Shown here: piece by piece, positions 1-8,177 of the stretch | Layout: each line of letters starts with the position of its first letter | How positions within the stretch are numbered: position 1 is the stretch's first letter | Source: Promethearchaeota archaeon | Lineage (GTDB): Archaea > Asgardarchaeota > Thorarchaeia > Thorarchaeales > Thorarchaeaceae | Direction: 5' to 3' | Length of the DNA: 35,102 nucleotides | Assembly (NCBI GenBank): GCA_048939765.1 | Contig: JBHLPF010000031.1 | Location: 8,306 to 43,407 of the forward strand | Program-made: the position numbers and the translations under genes | Notes under the pieces: model-generated | The model's database searches: none | What the model saw: the letters and a program-made list of their open reading frames with translations, nothing else | What the model was told of the DNA's origin: nothing

Positions 1-285
1 CCTCCAAAGAATAGAACTCCAAATCGGAGTGAGATAGAGGCCTGTAGACCTTATCTTGAGCGTCAGATTGAGATAATAGATCCCCAGATCATTGTCCTTC
101 TAGGCGGAGTGGCTGTTTCATCAGTGATTGGCCCACGGAAGATGGCCGAAGCTCATGGCAAATTCTATGAAGCTGGTGACCGCACATACTTCATAACATA
201 CCATCCAGCAGCAGCCCTAAGGTTTCCAAGGTTCAAAGACATAATGAAGTACGACTTTGAGATATTGAAGCAGGAGCTCGGATGA
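1..285 (+). CDS. udg: Uracil-DNA glycosylase family 4 (5'-truncated by window edge)
   Basis: Hand translation of frame 1, absent from the ORF track: PPKNRTPNRSEIEACRPYLERQIEIIDPQIIVLLG...TYHPAAALR...ELG*. The PPxNRxP, C-x-P-Y-L and YHPAA motifs fit family-4 UDG. Confidence 0.92.
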   Translation, partial: PPKNRTPNRSEIEACRPYLERQIEIIDPQIIVLLGGVAVSSVIGPRKMAEAHGKFYEAGDRTYFITYHPAAALRFPRFKDIMKYDFEILKQELG

Positions 286-320
286 GTGGCGGTTAAATGG
301 CTTGAGCATGACAACCTTCC

Positions 321-839
321 GTGGAGTCAATGGTCCTACCTATTCTGTCACTGATGGTTCCATCTCCATTCGAGATTCCAACTTATGGACCTTGGATGGA
401 CATAGCAGGACTTATGCTCAACATGCTACTCGCATTGTTTATCCGCGGTTATCTACTGCTTGTACTTGTAGGATTCATGATTTATGTCACTGGTCTGAGT
501 GACGGACTCGGAAAGATACTTGTTGTGGCTGGTGTGGCAATTTACATCTTTGGTCCTTTTATTCTCGATGTATTTGCGGGGATAATCGGAGCCGGGCCTG
601 TTACTCTAGAGACCGCAACAAGTGCATGGCTGAGTCTTATAGGTATGACAGATGCCGAGCTCGTGTTTCTTCTAGTGACAATTGGTGACATAGTGGCAGC
701 AGTATGCATACTCTCAGGAGCAATAATGTACTTCACGCCTCTTTCAGGAAACCTCAAGTCCAGAGGCCAATCACTGATGATCAGAGCGCTCCTTTTCGCT
801 CCAATTCTTGCTTTCTTCCATGTTGCTCCATGGATATAG
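321..839 (+). CDS. Integral membrane protein with two hydrophobic hairpin repeats, VirB2/CedA1-like pilin candidate
   Basis: 172 aa with about four TM segments. The second hairpin reads ILSGAIMYFTPLSGNLKSRGQSLMIRALL. Start uncertain (GTG 321 or a downstream ATG). Confidence 0.55.
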   Translation: MESMVLPILSLMVPSPFEIPTYGPWMDIAGLMLNMLLALFIRGYLLLVLVGFMIYVTGLSDGLGKILVVAGVAIYIFGPFILDVFAGIIGAGPVTLETATSAWLSLIGMTDAELVFLLVTIGDIVAAVCILSGAIMYFTPLSGNLKSRGQSLMIRALLFAPILAFFHVAPWI

Positions 840-925
840 ATTCCGTCCCGCTACACGGTAAGTCTTAAAACGAGGAGAGTTGTACCGAGCCGACTTGACT
901 AGAAGACCTGAGGCGGCCAATTTAG

Positions 926-2326
926 ATGTCAAAGAAATCCTCCGTTGCCTATCGTACAGTATCCGATGTAAGTGGGCCACTCCTTGTGGTGGAGGGCACA
1001 CACAATGTCGGCTATAATGAAGTCGTGAAGATTAGTGCCCCGTCAGGAGAACTCCTCACAGGCACGGTACTTGAAACGGGTAGAGGAAGAGCTGTTATTC
1101 AGGTCTTCGAGGGAACAAGTGGTTTAGACACTGATGTGACAGCAGTCCGTTTTACCGGCGAAACCTTGAAGCTCCCTGTTTCAACTGAGATTCTTGGTCG
1201 TGTTCTTGACGGGTCAGGAAATCCACTGGATCATGGTCCCAAACTGACTGCTGAGGACCATTGGGACATCTATGGATCCCCAATCAATCCCTATGCTCGT
1301 CAGTATCCTAGGCAGCCAATCCAGACTGGTCTGTCGGTCATTGATGGTCTGAATACATTGGTCCGAGGACAGAAGCTACCGATCTTCTCAGGTTCAGGCC
1401 TACCCCACAATAGAATTGCAGCTCAGATAGTCAGACAATCCAAGATTCCGGGTGAGGAGGGTGAATTTGCCATTGTGTTCGCAGCCATGGGCATTACAGC
1501 CACGGAGGCACAATACTTCATGAAGTCCTTCGAGGAAACTGGTGCACTGGAACACACCTCTCTGTTTCTTAACCTAGCAAATGATCCCGCCATTGAACGA
1601 ATCATCACTCCCAGAGCTGCACTCACAGCAGCAGAGTATCTAGCCTATGAATCCGATATGCACGTTCTTGTCGTTCTGACTGATATGACAAATTACGCTG
1701 AAGCTCTGAGAGAAATCAGTGCTGCGAGATCCGAGGTACCGGGCCGTCGTGGCTATCCGGGCTACCTATACACTGACCTCAGTCTGATATACGAGCGGGC
1801 AGGCCGCATCAATGGAAGAAATGGAACCATTACTCAGATGCCAATCCTTTCAATGCCACAGGATGATATGACCCATCCAATCCCTGATCTCACTGGCTAT
1901 ATCACAGAGGGTCAGCTCCCATTGAGCCGCGGTCTTCACAGAAGAGGTGTCTATCCTCCGATTGATCCTGGCCCATCCTTGAGTCGACTCATGAAGGAAG
2001 GTATTGGAGAGGGCATGACCCGATTCGACCACAAGGAGGTTCAAGCTCAACTCTACTATGGTTACTCCGAAGGTATCGACCTGAGGGACTTGGTGGCAGT
2101 GGTTGGTTCCGAGGCACTCACAGACCGTGACCAGAAGTATCTGAAGTTTGCGGACCGTTTCGAGGCTGAGTTCATCGGTCAGGGTGAGTTCGAGGACCGT
2201 TCATTTGAGCAGACCCTGGATCTGGGATGGAACCTGCTGAGTGAATTCCCAGAGCGTGAGCTAAAGAGATGCGATCCTGATACCATTTCTTGGGCAAAGG
2301 AACGAGGCGCCTACAAGGCTGCTTAG
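926..2326 (+). CDS. atpB: A/V-type ATP synthase subunit B
   Basis: Motifs [45 protein letters not shown] and SLSRLM; 466 aa. Confidence 0.97.
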   Translation: MSKKSSVAYRTVSDVSGPLLVVEGTHNVGYNEVVKISAPSGELLTGTVLETGRGRAVIQVFEGTSGLDTDVTAVRFTGETLKLPVSTEILGRVLDGSGNPLDHGPKLTAEDHWDIYGSPINPYARQYPRQPIQTGLSVIDGLNTLVRGQKLPIFSGSGLPHNRIAAQIVRQSKIPGEEGEFAIVFAAMGITATEAQYFMKSFEETGALEHTSLFLNLANDPAIERIITPRAALTAAEYLAYESDMHVLVVLTDMTNYAEALREISAARSEVPGRRGYPGYLYTDLSLIYERAGRINGRNGTITQMPILSMPQDDMTHPIPDLTGYITEGQLPLSRGLHRRGVYPPIDPGPSLSRLMKEGIGEGMTRFDHKEVQAQLYYGYSEGIDLRDLVAVVGSEALTDRDQKYLKFADRFEAEFIGQGEFEDRSFEQTLDLGWNLLSEFPERELKRCDPDTISWAKERGAYKAA

Positions 2327-2435
2327 ACACTCTGGCTCTGACCGTCCCCAATGTGAGTATGGCTTCATATGGGACATATAGACACCCATCAATAGAATAA
2401 GCAGAATCTGCTGAGATTGGCTATGGGATTGAATA

Positions 2436-2780
2436 TCACTCGGGCTCTATACCGTGGTGGAGGTAATGGTCCTTCTCCTTCTTAGCGCCGAAGCTTCGAA
2501 GGCCATCTGCCTTGAGCTGCGACTTGATTTGTCGAGCATCTGATGGAGATATCTCAGCCCGACTGAGCATGTAGTCCACAATCTCAATCGCCTGATTAAC
2601 AGTATCACATCTCCGAATGTAGTCCACAACATCTGGTAGGAACGTCTTGTGCTCCTTTGCTTCATCAGGCTCGTCATCAGACATTGTGCGGACACCATCT
2701 ATCCTATGAGTCAATGTTCGTCTCTCACTCATCTCCTTGGCAAGCGCTGGGAAGTCCTCCTTGAACTCTTCGTCAACCAT
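2436..2780 (-). CDS. DUF2095 family archaeal protein
   Basis: EFKEDFPALAKE...PDVVDYIRRCDT...GLRSFGAKKEKDHY pattern. ATG 2780 preferred over GTG 2789. Confidence 0.8.
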   Translation of the reverse strand: MVDEEFKEDFPALAKEMSERRTLTHRIDGVRTMSDDEPDEAKEHKTFLPDVVDYIRRCDTVNQAIEIVDYMLSRAEISPSDARQIKSQLKADGLRSFGAKKEKDHYLHHGIEPE

Positions 2781-2879
2781 TGTACCCACCAGACAGCTTG
2801 CACTTGGGCTCGTGCGATGTTTTCCAAGTCTTTTTTGAAATATTCCCTTTTAACTGTAGCCAAGATGGCCTTGTGGATT

Positions 2880-4406
2880 CTAGCTGGATATGAATGACCA
2901 TGGAAGTTTCCCATCAGCATACCGTGCTTCATTCGCAAGGGCGAGAAATGGAGCTCCGGTTTCTTTCTCCGCCCTTCTCCAGCCTCCAAGTCCTCCATAC
3001 CTTGCAGCCAACTTGATTACTTTCCCAATTGAACGATCACCAATTGAGAGTGCTGCCTGAATTCTTGCATTTCTCGGGTCCACCCCCTCAACCGTCACCC
3101 TTGGGACATTACGTATCCCGGCCTCAATCAACTTGAGTTTCTCGCGGAGTGCTTCAACAGTGGGCTGCACTTCTCGTTCCCATCTTGTATGCGCCTTGGG
3201 GACAAATGGGTTGATGCTAGCTGTAATTCTGATCTCGTATGTCTGAGCCAACTGCTTGACCATTCTAGATATAGCCACAATATCCTCTTCAGATTCGTCT
3301 GGAAGCCCTATAATGAAATAGAGTTTTGCGGCTTTGTACCCTACTTCTTTGGCGATTCTGACTGCTCTGTAAATATCCTCATCGTCAAGTCCTTTGCCCA
3401 TCATCTTTCTGAGTTCCAAAGATCCTGTTTCCGGTGCTATCGTGAGTGTTCGTTGCCCTCCCTTCACAAAAGCCTCCAGAATCCTTGGCGTGATCGAGTC
3501 TGCTCGAAGCGATGGCGCTGATAGTTCAATACCTTGCGCTATGACCCAGTGTGCTAGTTCTTCCAGGCCATCGTGGTCACCAAGGGATGATCCAATCAAT
3601 GACACCTTCTTGACTGGAGATGACTCAAGCCCTTGTGCAATAATCTCTTTCAGTCTTTTGAGGGACCTGATTCTTCGCGGGCGGCAGATGTGACCAATCA
3701 AACAGAACTTGCAGGAATGTCCACATCCACGCGTGACTTCAGCCAAGAATGATTTTCCAAAAACTGGTTCAAGATGTGACCCTTCCTTGACCTCTGGAAT
3801 GATTTGAGACGTGGGGTATGGAAGGGAATCAAGGTCGTCAATGATTATCCTAGACACCGAGGATGGTCCCACGGCTGGAACATACACCCCAGGAATCTCT
3901 GACAATTCTTCCAGAGCAATCGACCTGGAAGAAGAATTCTTGACAGCATCGATGATGTCATGTATGACCAAGTCGCCTTCGCCGATGACAAAGGCATCCA
4001 CAAAATCTATGTAGGGCACAGGATTTGAGCTTACAACTGGCCCGCCGACTAACACGATGGGGCTGTCATTCTCTCTGTCTTTTGCTTCAACTGCAATCGA
4101 GCCGAGTTCTAGCATCTGAATGAGGTTGATGATGTCTTCTTCCCATGTGAGAGAGAAGGCCACGATGTGATTGTCGGATAGAGGTCTTGATGTTTCTAGT
4201 GACTGAACAGCTGATAGAACATCATATCGAAAATACCGCTCGCAAGATACATCGCTTCTATTGTTAAGGAGCGCGTAGAATAGGTGCGTTGCCAGCCCAG
4301 TCATGCCTGCTCTATATGTAGATGGGTAGCAGTATCCAACAAGAATGCTGACATCTCTAAGATCCTTAACAACGACATTGTGTTCTCTGATCCAGGTCTT
4401 AGGCAA
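2880..4406 (-). CDS. Radical SAM protein with N-terminal B12-binding-like domain
   Basis: EVTRGCGHSCKFC (CxxxCxxC), YPSTYRAGM, VGGP, GEGD, TIAPETGS, FVPKAHT. TTG start. Confidence 0.9.
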   Translation of the reverse strand: MPKTWIREHNVVVKDLRDVSILVGYCYPSTYRAGMTGLATHLFYALLNNRSDVSCERYFRYDVLSAVQSLETSRPLSDNHIVAFSLTWEEDIINLIQMLELGSIAVEAKDRENDSPIVLVGGPVVSSNPVPYIDFVDAFVIGEGDLVIHDIIDAVKNSSSRSIALEELSEIPGVYVPAVGPSSVSRIIIDDLDSLPYPTSQIIPEVKEGSHLEPVFGKSFLAEVTRGCGHSCKFCLIGHICRPRRIRSLKRLKEIIAQGLESSPVKKVSLIGSSLGDHDGLEELAHWVIAQGIELSAPSLRADSITPRILEAFVKGGQRTLTIAPETGSLELRKMMGKGLDDEDIYRAVRIAKEVGYKAAKLYFIIGLPDESEEDIVAISRMVKQLAQTYEIRITASINPFVPKAHTRWEREVQPTVEALREKLKLIEAGIRNVPRVTVEGVDPRNARIQAALSIGDRSIGKVIKLAARYGGLGGWRRAEKETGAPFLALANEARYADGKLPWSFISS

Positions 4407-4427
4407 AGCGTGTACCTCATCATGTAC

Positions 4428-5681
4428 TCATTGCCCGTCGCCATGGACCAGTTTGCCTGGCGTTACATCGCGTTCAACTATAACTCCGATGCCAGTCCTT
4501 GCACCTTGGTGAATCACAACCCCTGGTGCTAAGAGCGTGCCAATACCGGTCTTGACACCATCACCAACTATAGACCCCAGCTTTCTGCGACCTGAATCCA
4601 CTCTCTTTCCCTTGACAGTGACTTTCACAGACTGATCATCGTGTCTTAGATTGGCCGTAATTGTGCCCGCTCCAAAGTTGACCTTTCGGCCAATCACCGA
4701 GTCACCTACATAGGAGAGATGGCCAATACTAGAACCGTCCATGACCAGCGAGTTCTTGACCTCACATCCATTCCCTATCTTGACTCCTTTGCCTAGGCTT
4801 GTGTGGGGTCGAATGTAGCAGTTGGGGCCAACCACGGAGCCCTCTCCGATAAACACAGGCCCCTCGATATACGCTCCACTCCGAACAGTCGCCCCTTTCT
4901 CTACAATCACCTCTCCCTTAAGTGTCGCCCCATCCTCCACATCACCTGCGATCTGTCCTCGCATAGCGTTCAAAAGATTCTTGTTTGCCTCCAAAAGGTC
5001 CCACGGCTTTCCTACATCCAGCCACCAAGAAGGTATTGAAAATGCACCCACATTTCCTTTCCTTATTATCGCTGCGATCGAGTCCGTAATCTCATATTCC
5101 CCTCTGGGAGACGGCTCAGTATTTTCGATAGACTCCCAGAGTGAAGGTCCAGCAGCGTACATTCCTACATTGACCAGATTGCTCACCATCTGATCCTTGG
5201 AAGGTTTCTCAATGAGTTCGGTCGCCTTACCATCTGTGACTGCTACCACCCCATATGGCGAGGGGTCGTCAATTGGAAACACTGTCAGGGTAAGTTCATA
5301 CTTGCCTTTCTTGTGATATTGAATGAGCCCCTGAAATGCACCTGGCCCCATCATGATATCTCCATTCATCACAATTAGCTGGTCATCACCGGCGAAATCT
5401 TTGGCATGACCTGCTGCATGGGCTGTTCCACGTCGTTCCTTCTGCTCAACGTATGAAACAGTCATGGGACTCCAGTCTGCAGAATCAATTCCTTCCTTCA
5501 ATTCCTCCTTGCGATAGCCAACGATTATCAAGGTTTCCTTGATCCCCGCATCTCTTAGCGCCTCAAGAGTATGGAACACTAGAGGTTTCCCTGCCACCGG
5601 GAGAAGATGTTTTGGCATGTTTGCTGTCAGAGGCATCATTCGCGTCGATTCACCAGCGGCGAGTAGGGCAGCCTTTTTCAT
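4428..5681 (-). CDS. glmU: Bifunctional sugar-1-phosphate nucleotidylyltransferase/acetyltransferase (archaeal GlmU)
   Basis: LAAGESTRMMPLT..PK nucleotidyltransferase motif, SPRGEYEITD, C-terminal hexapeptide repeats, HLSYVGDS, NFGAGTITANLR. Confidence 0.92.
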   Translation of the reverse strand: MKKAALLAAGESTRMMPLTANMPKHLLPVAGKPLVFHTLEALRDAGIKETLIIVGYRKEELKEGIDSADWSPMTVSYVEQKERRGTAHAAGHAKDFAGDDQLIVMNGDIMMGPGAFQGLIQYHKKGKYELTLTVFPIDDPSPYGVVAVTDGKATELIEKPSKDQMVSNLVNVGMYAAGPSLWESIENTEPSPRGEYEITDSIAAIIRKGNVGAFSIPSWWLDVGKPWDLLEANKNLLNAMRGQIAGDVEDGATLKGEVIVEKGATVRSGAYIEGPVFIGEGSVVGPNCYIRPHTSLGKGVKIGNGCEVKNSLVMDGSSIGHLSYVGDSVIGRKVNFGAGTITANLRHDDQSVKVTVKGKRVDSGRRKLGSIVGDGVKTGIGTLLAPGVVIHQGARTGIGVIVERDVTPGKLVHGDGQ

Positions 5682-5902
5682 AGAGGTTCGAGATTTCAGT
5701 TAGTGTACCTCGTTATAGAGTTTGTCGGATGTAATAGGAATGCACCTCTGAACAGTCCAACTTCCGGAACGTCTTTCTTATAAGACGCAGTCCGCTGGGC
5801 TTGACAGGCATCGATGGGAAAATTGTAAACCATCCCTGTATCTGCCGTTCCAATGGACTGTGGAATCATAGAGGTCAACAAATACTACCTGTGGAGGAGT
5901 TG

Positions 5903-6889
5903 ATGGTGGAATCTAAAGAAAGCAAATACATCGAGATATTGCTGCTCATGTTGCTTTTTGTAGCGACTGCAATTGCTGGGATTCTGCGCTTCGGGACATC
6001 CTTTCCTGCTTTCCCTGATTCGGAGGAGTACCTGACGCTAATAGACTTCTTCAGAGGAGAGGTACCGATGTCTGAAACCAGGCCTCCGTTCAACTACCGG
6101 ATTCTACTGCCTGGCATTGTTTCAATCCTTCCACTTGATCCTGAAATCACAATACCAATCATCAACTTCTTGCTGCTATTTCCGCTCGCATTTATGATGT
6201 ATCTCATACCGAGGCACTTTGGGTATGATGTGTTTCCGTCAGTGGTAGCTGCAGGTCTTTGTACGGTTTCTCCTCCAGTCCTAGTATATGGGACAGGGGT
6301 ATTGGTGGAAACGCCTTTCGTGCTCTGTCTAGCTATCGGAATATACGGAATACTTCGCTCTTGGAAGTGGCAATATATTGCAGTAATCACGGCTATGGGG
6401 GTACTTTTCAAAGAAACCGCAATCATTCTCGTCCTAGTTCATCTGGTGACCACTCTTGTGTCCGGCAGGGATTGGAAACACAGCATATACATCGGTCTGA
6501 TCGCAGGAACTCCGCATCTTCTAGCTAGACTCGCATTCAGTGCATCTGTTGGAGGATTGGGCTGGGTTTGGCCTTTCTCTCTAAACAATCTGTTTGTAAG
6601 ACCTTGGATAACACTGGAGGCAATCATTCTCAGCTTTGTGTTGATTATCGTGCCAATACTCATGGCGCTTATCTTAAGAAATCGTGATGTCACGAGGTTC
6701 AAAGAGGCCAAGGAATGGTTTCTCTATGCTGCACTCCCTCTATCTGGGCTTGCTTGGGTCGCATTCTTTCTTGCATATTTCGACATGCGTTTCATCTGGC
6801 CAATGTATCTGGGACTGCTTCCACTCATTGCATTCGGGGTCCAAGAATTTCTTCATGTAGCACTCAGACGAGATGTCACAGCTAGCTAG
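5903..6889 (+). CDS. Polytopic membrane protein, putative GT-C fold glycosyltransferase
   Basis: About 9-10 TM helices. PDSEEY follows TM1, then PFNYR, VET, FKET and DMRF loop motifs. ATG 5903 follows GGAGGAG, so it is preferred over TTG 5801. Confidence 0.6.
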   Translation: MVESKESKYIEILLLMLLFVATAIAGILRFGTSFPAFPDSEEYLTLIDFFRGEVPMSETRPPFNYRILLPGIVSILPLDPEITIPIINFLLLFPLAFMMYLIPRHFGYDVFPSVVAAGLCTVSPPVLVYGTGVLVETPFVLCLAIGIYGILRSWKWQYIAVITAMGVLFKETAIILVLVHLVTTLVSGRDWKHSIYIGLIAGTPHLLARLAFSASVGGLGWVWPFSLNNLFVRPWITLEAIILSFVLIIVPILMALILRNRDVTRFKEAKEWFLYAALPLSGLAWVAFFLAYFDMRFIWPMYLGLLPLIAFGVQEFLHVALRRDVTAS

Positions 6890-6938
6890 AATTCAGTATG
6901 CTAAGGCAATCCTGTCCACATAGTTGGTCAGAAACATC

Positions 6939-6990
6939 ATCGCGGTGATAGACCGCGATATGCAACTCGAGGCTGCGATACATTAATAAG
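6939..6990 (+). promoter_or_regulatory. Perfect 8-bp inverted repeat upstream of a TATA-like box
   Basis: ATCGCGGT-gatag-ACCGCGAT (6939-6959), then TTAATAA at about 6983-6989, upstream of the wHTH gene. Confidence 0.45.
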
Positions 6991-7084
6991 GGTTGTTGCG
7001 AACTCATTGGGTGTTGTTTGAAGCAAGATTGAGAACTCTGCGGGCTTCAAACCTTACGAACGGAAGTAGGTGATATCGAAATTG

Positions 7085-7327
7085 ATGTCAGATGAACAAT
7101 TGAGAGAGGAACTAAAGGAACTAAAGCTCACCAAGAGCCAGATGATCGTATTGGACATTCTCCGGAGCAGTGGGAAGAACGGTGTTACACCGAAACAGCT
7201 TCTGGACAAGGTGTCTTTTGCACCAAGGACTGTCAGATACGCACTTAGGAAGCTCCTCAAGAAGAGACTAATCAAGAGAGTACCATGCCTTCAAGACATG
7301 CGTCAGTGGATATACGTCCCTGCATAA
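7085..7327 (+). CDS. Small basic winged helix-turn-helix protein (MarR-like)
   Basis: LTKSQMIVLDIL...TPKQL...APRTVRYALRKL...DMRQWIY. ATG 7085 follows AGGTGAT. Confidence 0.85.
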   Translation: MSDEQLREELKELKLTKSQMIVLDILRSSGKNGVTPKQLLDKVSFAPRTVRYALRKLLKKRLIKRVPCLQDMRQWIYVPA

Positions 7328-7448
7328 GATACGCCTTCTCAATCGAGAAGATGTATCTCAGGTGACCTTGAACAATGATATCTGCAAGTCGCCGCCTAGG
7401 CGGGGTCTTGTGGACCGATAAACAAGTCGATGGGAGTCAGCTCCTATC
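7327..7448 (+). other. Structured intergenic element (three consecutive hairpins)
   Basis: Stems AGATAC..CTTCTC/GAGAAG..GTATCT; TCTGCAAG/CTTGTGGA with apical CCGCCTAGGCGG; GATGGGAG/CTCCTATC. The stems include G-U pairs. Confidence 0.4.
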
Positions 7449-7494
7449 ATTGGGCCGTTGGAACATGAACTATTCATTGATGGAGTCTTGAGAG

Positions 7495-8166
7495 ATGGAA
7501 ACGCTTAGGATTGTAGCTGGTGAAGAAGAAACTGCTGCCGTAGTCCGTGCCCTAAACGACGAGAATCGCAGGCGGATACTCCATGCTCTTAGATCCAAGC
7601 GGATGTCCACATCCGAGGTCTGTGAGTTCTTAGAAGATGCTGATCCGAGCAAAGAGTTGAAACCTCAAACCGTCCGTTATCACTTGAAGGAGCTAGAACG
7701 GGCTGGTCTCATCACGCAGGATGGATTCGAGCCAGCAGGCAATGGTGACTCCCACATTATGACAAAGCTTTGGGTGGCCACTGCTGAGAATGTCTTTATT
7801 GCGACTAGCGACATGGATGATCTCCCTGAGAGAACCGTGAATGGTATTGACATGACGCTTGACTTAGTAGGCACAATGCACGGTCTAGGATTTGTTTTCA
7901 AAGATGAGGATGAGATTCAAGAGATAGCTGAGGATTTCGTTGAACGCGACCGCCTGTGGAAGAAGGCGAAGGCCGAGGTGAAGGAAATCCTCGATAAGGT
8001 TTCTGCTATGGATCCAGGAGTATATCTTGCTCTCAGGAGAATCCTCTGTCTTGCCAAGCTAAGCGATTCCGATTTTGAACGATATCAGAAACTGAACAAG
8101 GGTCTCACAGACAGATTCCGAAGGGCATACAAGGAAGGACTCACCAAGAACCCAGATGTTCCCTGA
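7495..8166 (+). CDS. ArsR-family HTH transcriptional regulator
   Basis: RALNDENRRRILHAL...PQTVRYHLKELERAGLI, followed by a helical C-terminal domain. Confidence 0.85.
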   Translation: METLRIVAGEEETAAVVRALNDENRRRILHALRSKRMSTSEVCEFLEDADPSKELKPQTVRYHLKELERAGLITQDGFEPAGNGDSHIMTKLWVATAENVFIATSDMDDLPERTVNGIDMTLDLVGTMHGLGFVFKDEDEIQEIAEDFVERDRLWKKAKAEVKEILDKVSAMDPGVYLALRRILCLAKLSDSDFERYQKLNKGLTDRFRRAYKEGLTKNPDVP

Positions 8167-8177
8167 AACCCTTTCCT

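Noticed and set aside
2729-2998. 89-aa minus-strand ORF bridging the radical SAM and DUF2095 genes
   Set aside because: It overlaps both genes out of frame and has no motif; both neighbours look complete, so no frameshift is needed.
7085-7448. Selenoprotein gene served by the SECIS-like hairpin
   Set aside because: The upstream wHTH gene ends in TAA with no in-frame TGA and the apical AA is missing; kept only as a structured-RNA finding.
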